Shown here: piece by piece, positions 45,822 through 45,916 of the stretch | How the letters are laid out: every line of letters starts with the position of its first letter | Numbering within the stretch: position 1 is the first letter of the stretch | Made by a program: the position numbers and the translations under genes | Assembly (NCBI GenBank): GCA_011046395.1 | Contig: DSAQ01000053.1 | Location: 1 to 45,916 of the forward strand | Length of the DNA stretch: 45,916 nt | From: Pseudomonadota bacterium | GTDB lineage: Bacteria; Desulfobacterota; QYQD01 | Direction of reading: 5' to 3' | Notes under the pieces: generated by a model | Told to the model about the DNA's origin: nothing | The model's database searches: none | Seen by the model: only the letters and a program-made list of their open reading frames with translations

Positions 45822-45916
45822 ATGCAGCTGTTTTAAGATCAAACTGAGAGCCAAGTGCAAATGAGGTCAGAATATTTTTAAATTGGCCCCAGGTAGTTTC
45901 AGTTTGCTCTTTGAAA

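Overview
A 45.9 kb chromosomal window from a Gram-negative bacterium, most likely an anaerobic Desulfobacterota (deltaproteobacterium); this is inferred from gene content, not from a search. The housekeeping and metabolic genes are: CBS protein and cation:proton antiporter, fmdE-like, rimO, an IspH-UbiA fusion, pal-skp, mgtE, pilB-pilC-pilS, a cNMP/ParA-like/patatin protein with an acyl-CoA ligase, gltX, a 15 kb GlgE-pathway alpha-glucan/trehalose cluster (malQ treY treZ glgB treS-pep2 glgE, with divergent glgM), zur-znuACB with a Zur-box-like operator, and a large uncharacterised FMN TIM-barrel-like protein. I saw no rRNA, tRNA, CRISPR array, intact transposase or integrase. The most unusual signal is intergenic: many gaps hold small non-autonomous elements. 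(i) Three copies of a ~110-bp two-hairpin element whose target (TGAA), right end (TCAA) and guide tetranucleotides (CATT, GATT) fit the IS200/IS605 guide-pairing rule. (ii) A GTA(A/T)C-ended MITE family with 8-bp target duplications; one copy carries a four-helix-bundle gene fragment that is itself split by a 20-bp palindrome. (iii) GATG...CATC-ended MITEs. (iv) Palindromic inserts that appear to have entered treZ and treY in frame. (v) A decayed accessory patch (21.2-23.0 kb) with toxin fragments, an AT-rich cassette-like gene and a group IIC-attC intron 3' remnant. PilS appears to have a dead ATP-binding domain. All family calls come from motif recognition by eye; no database was searched.
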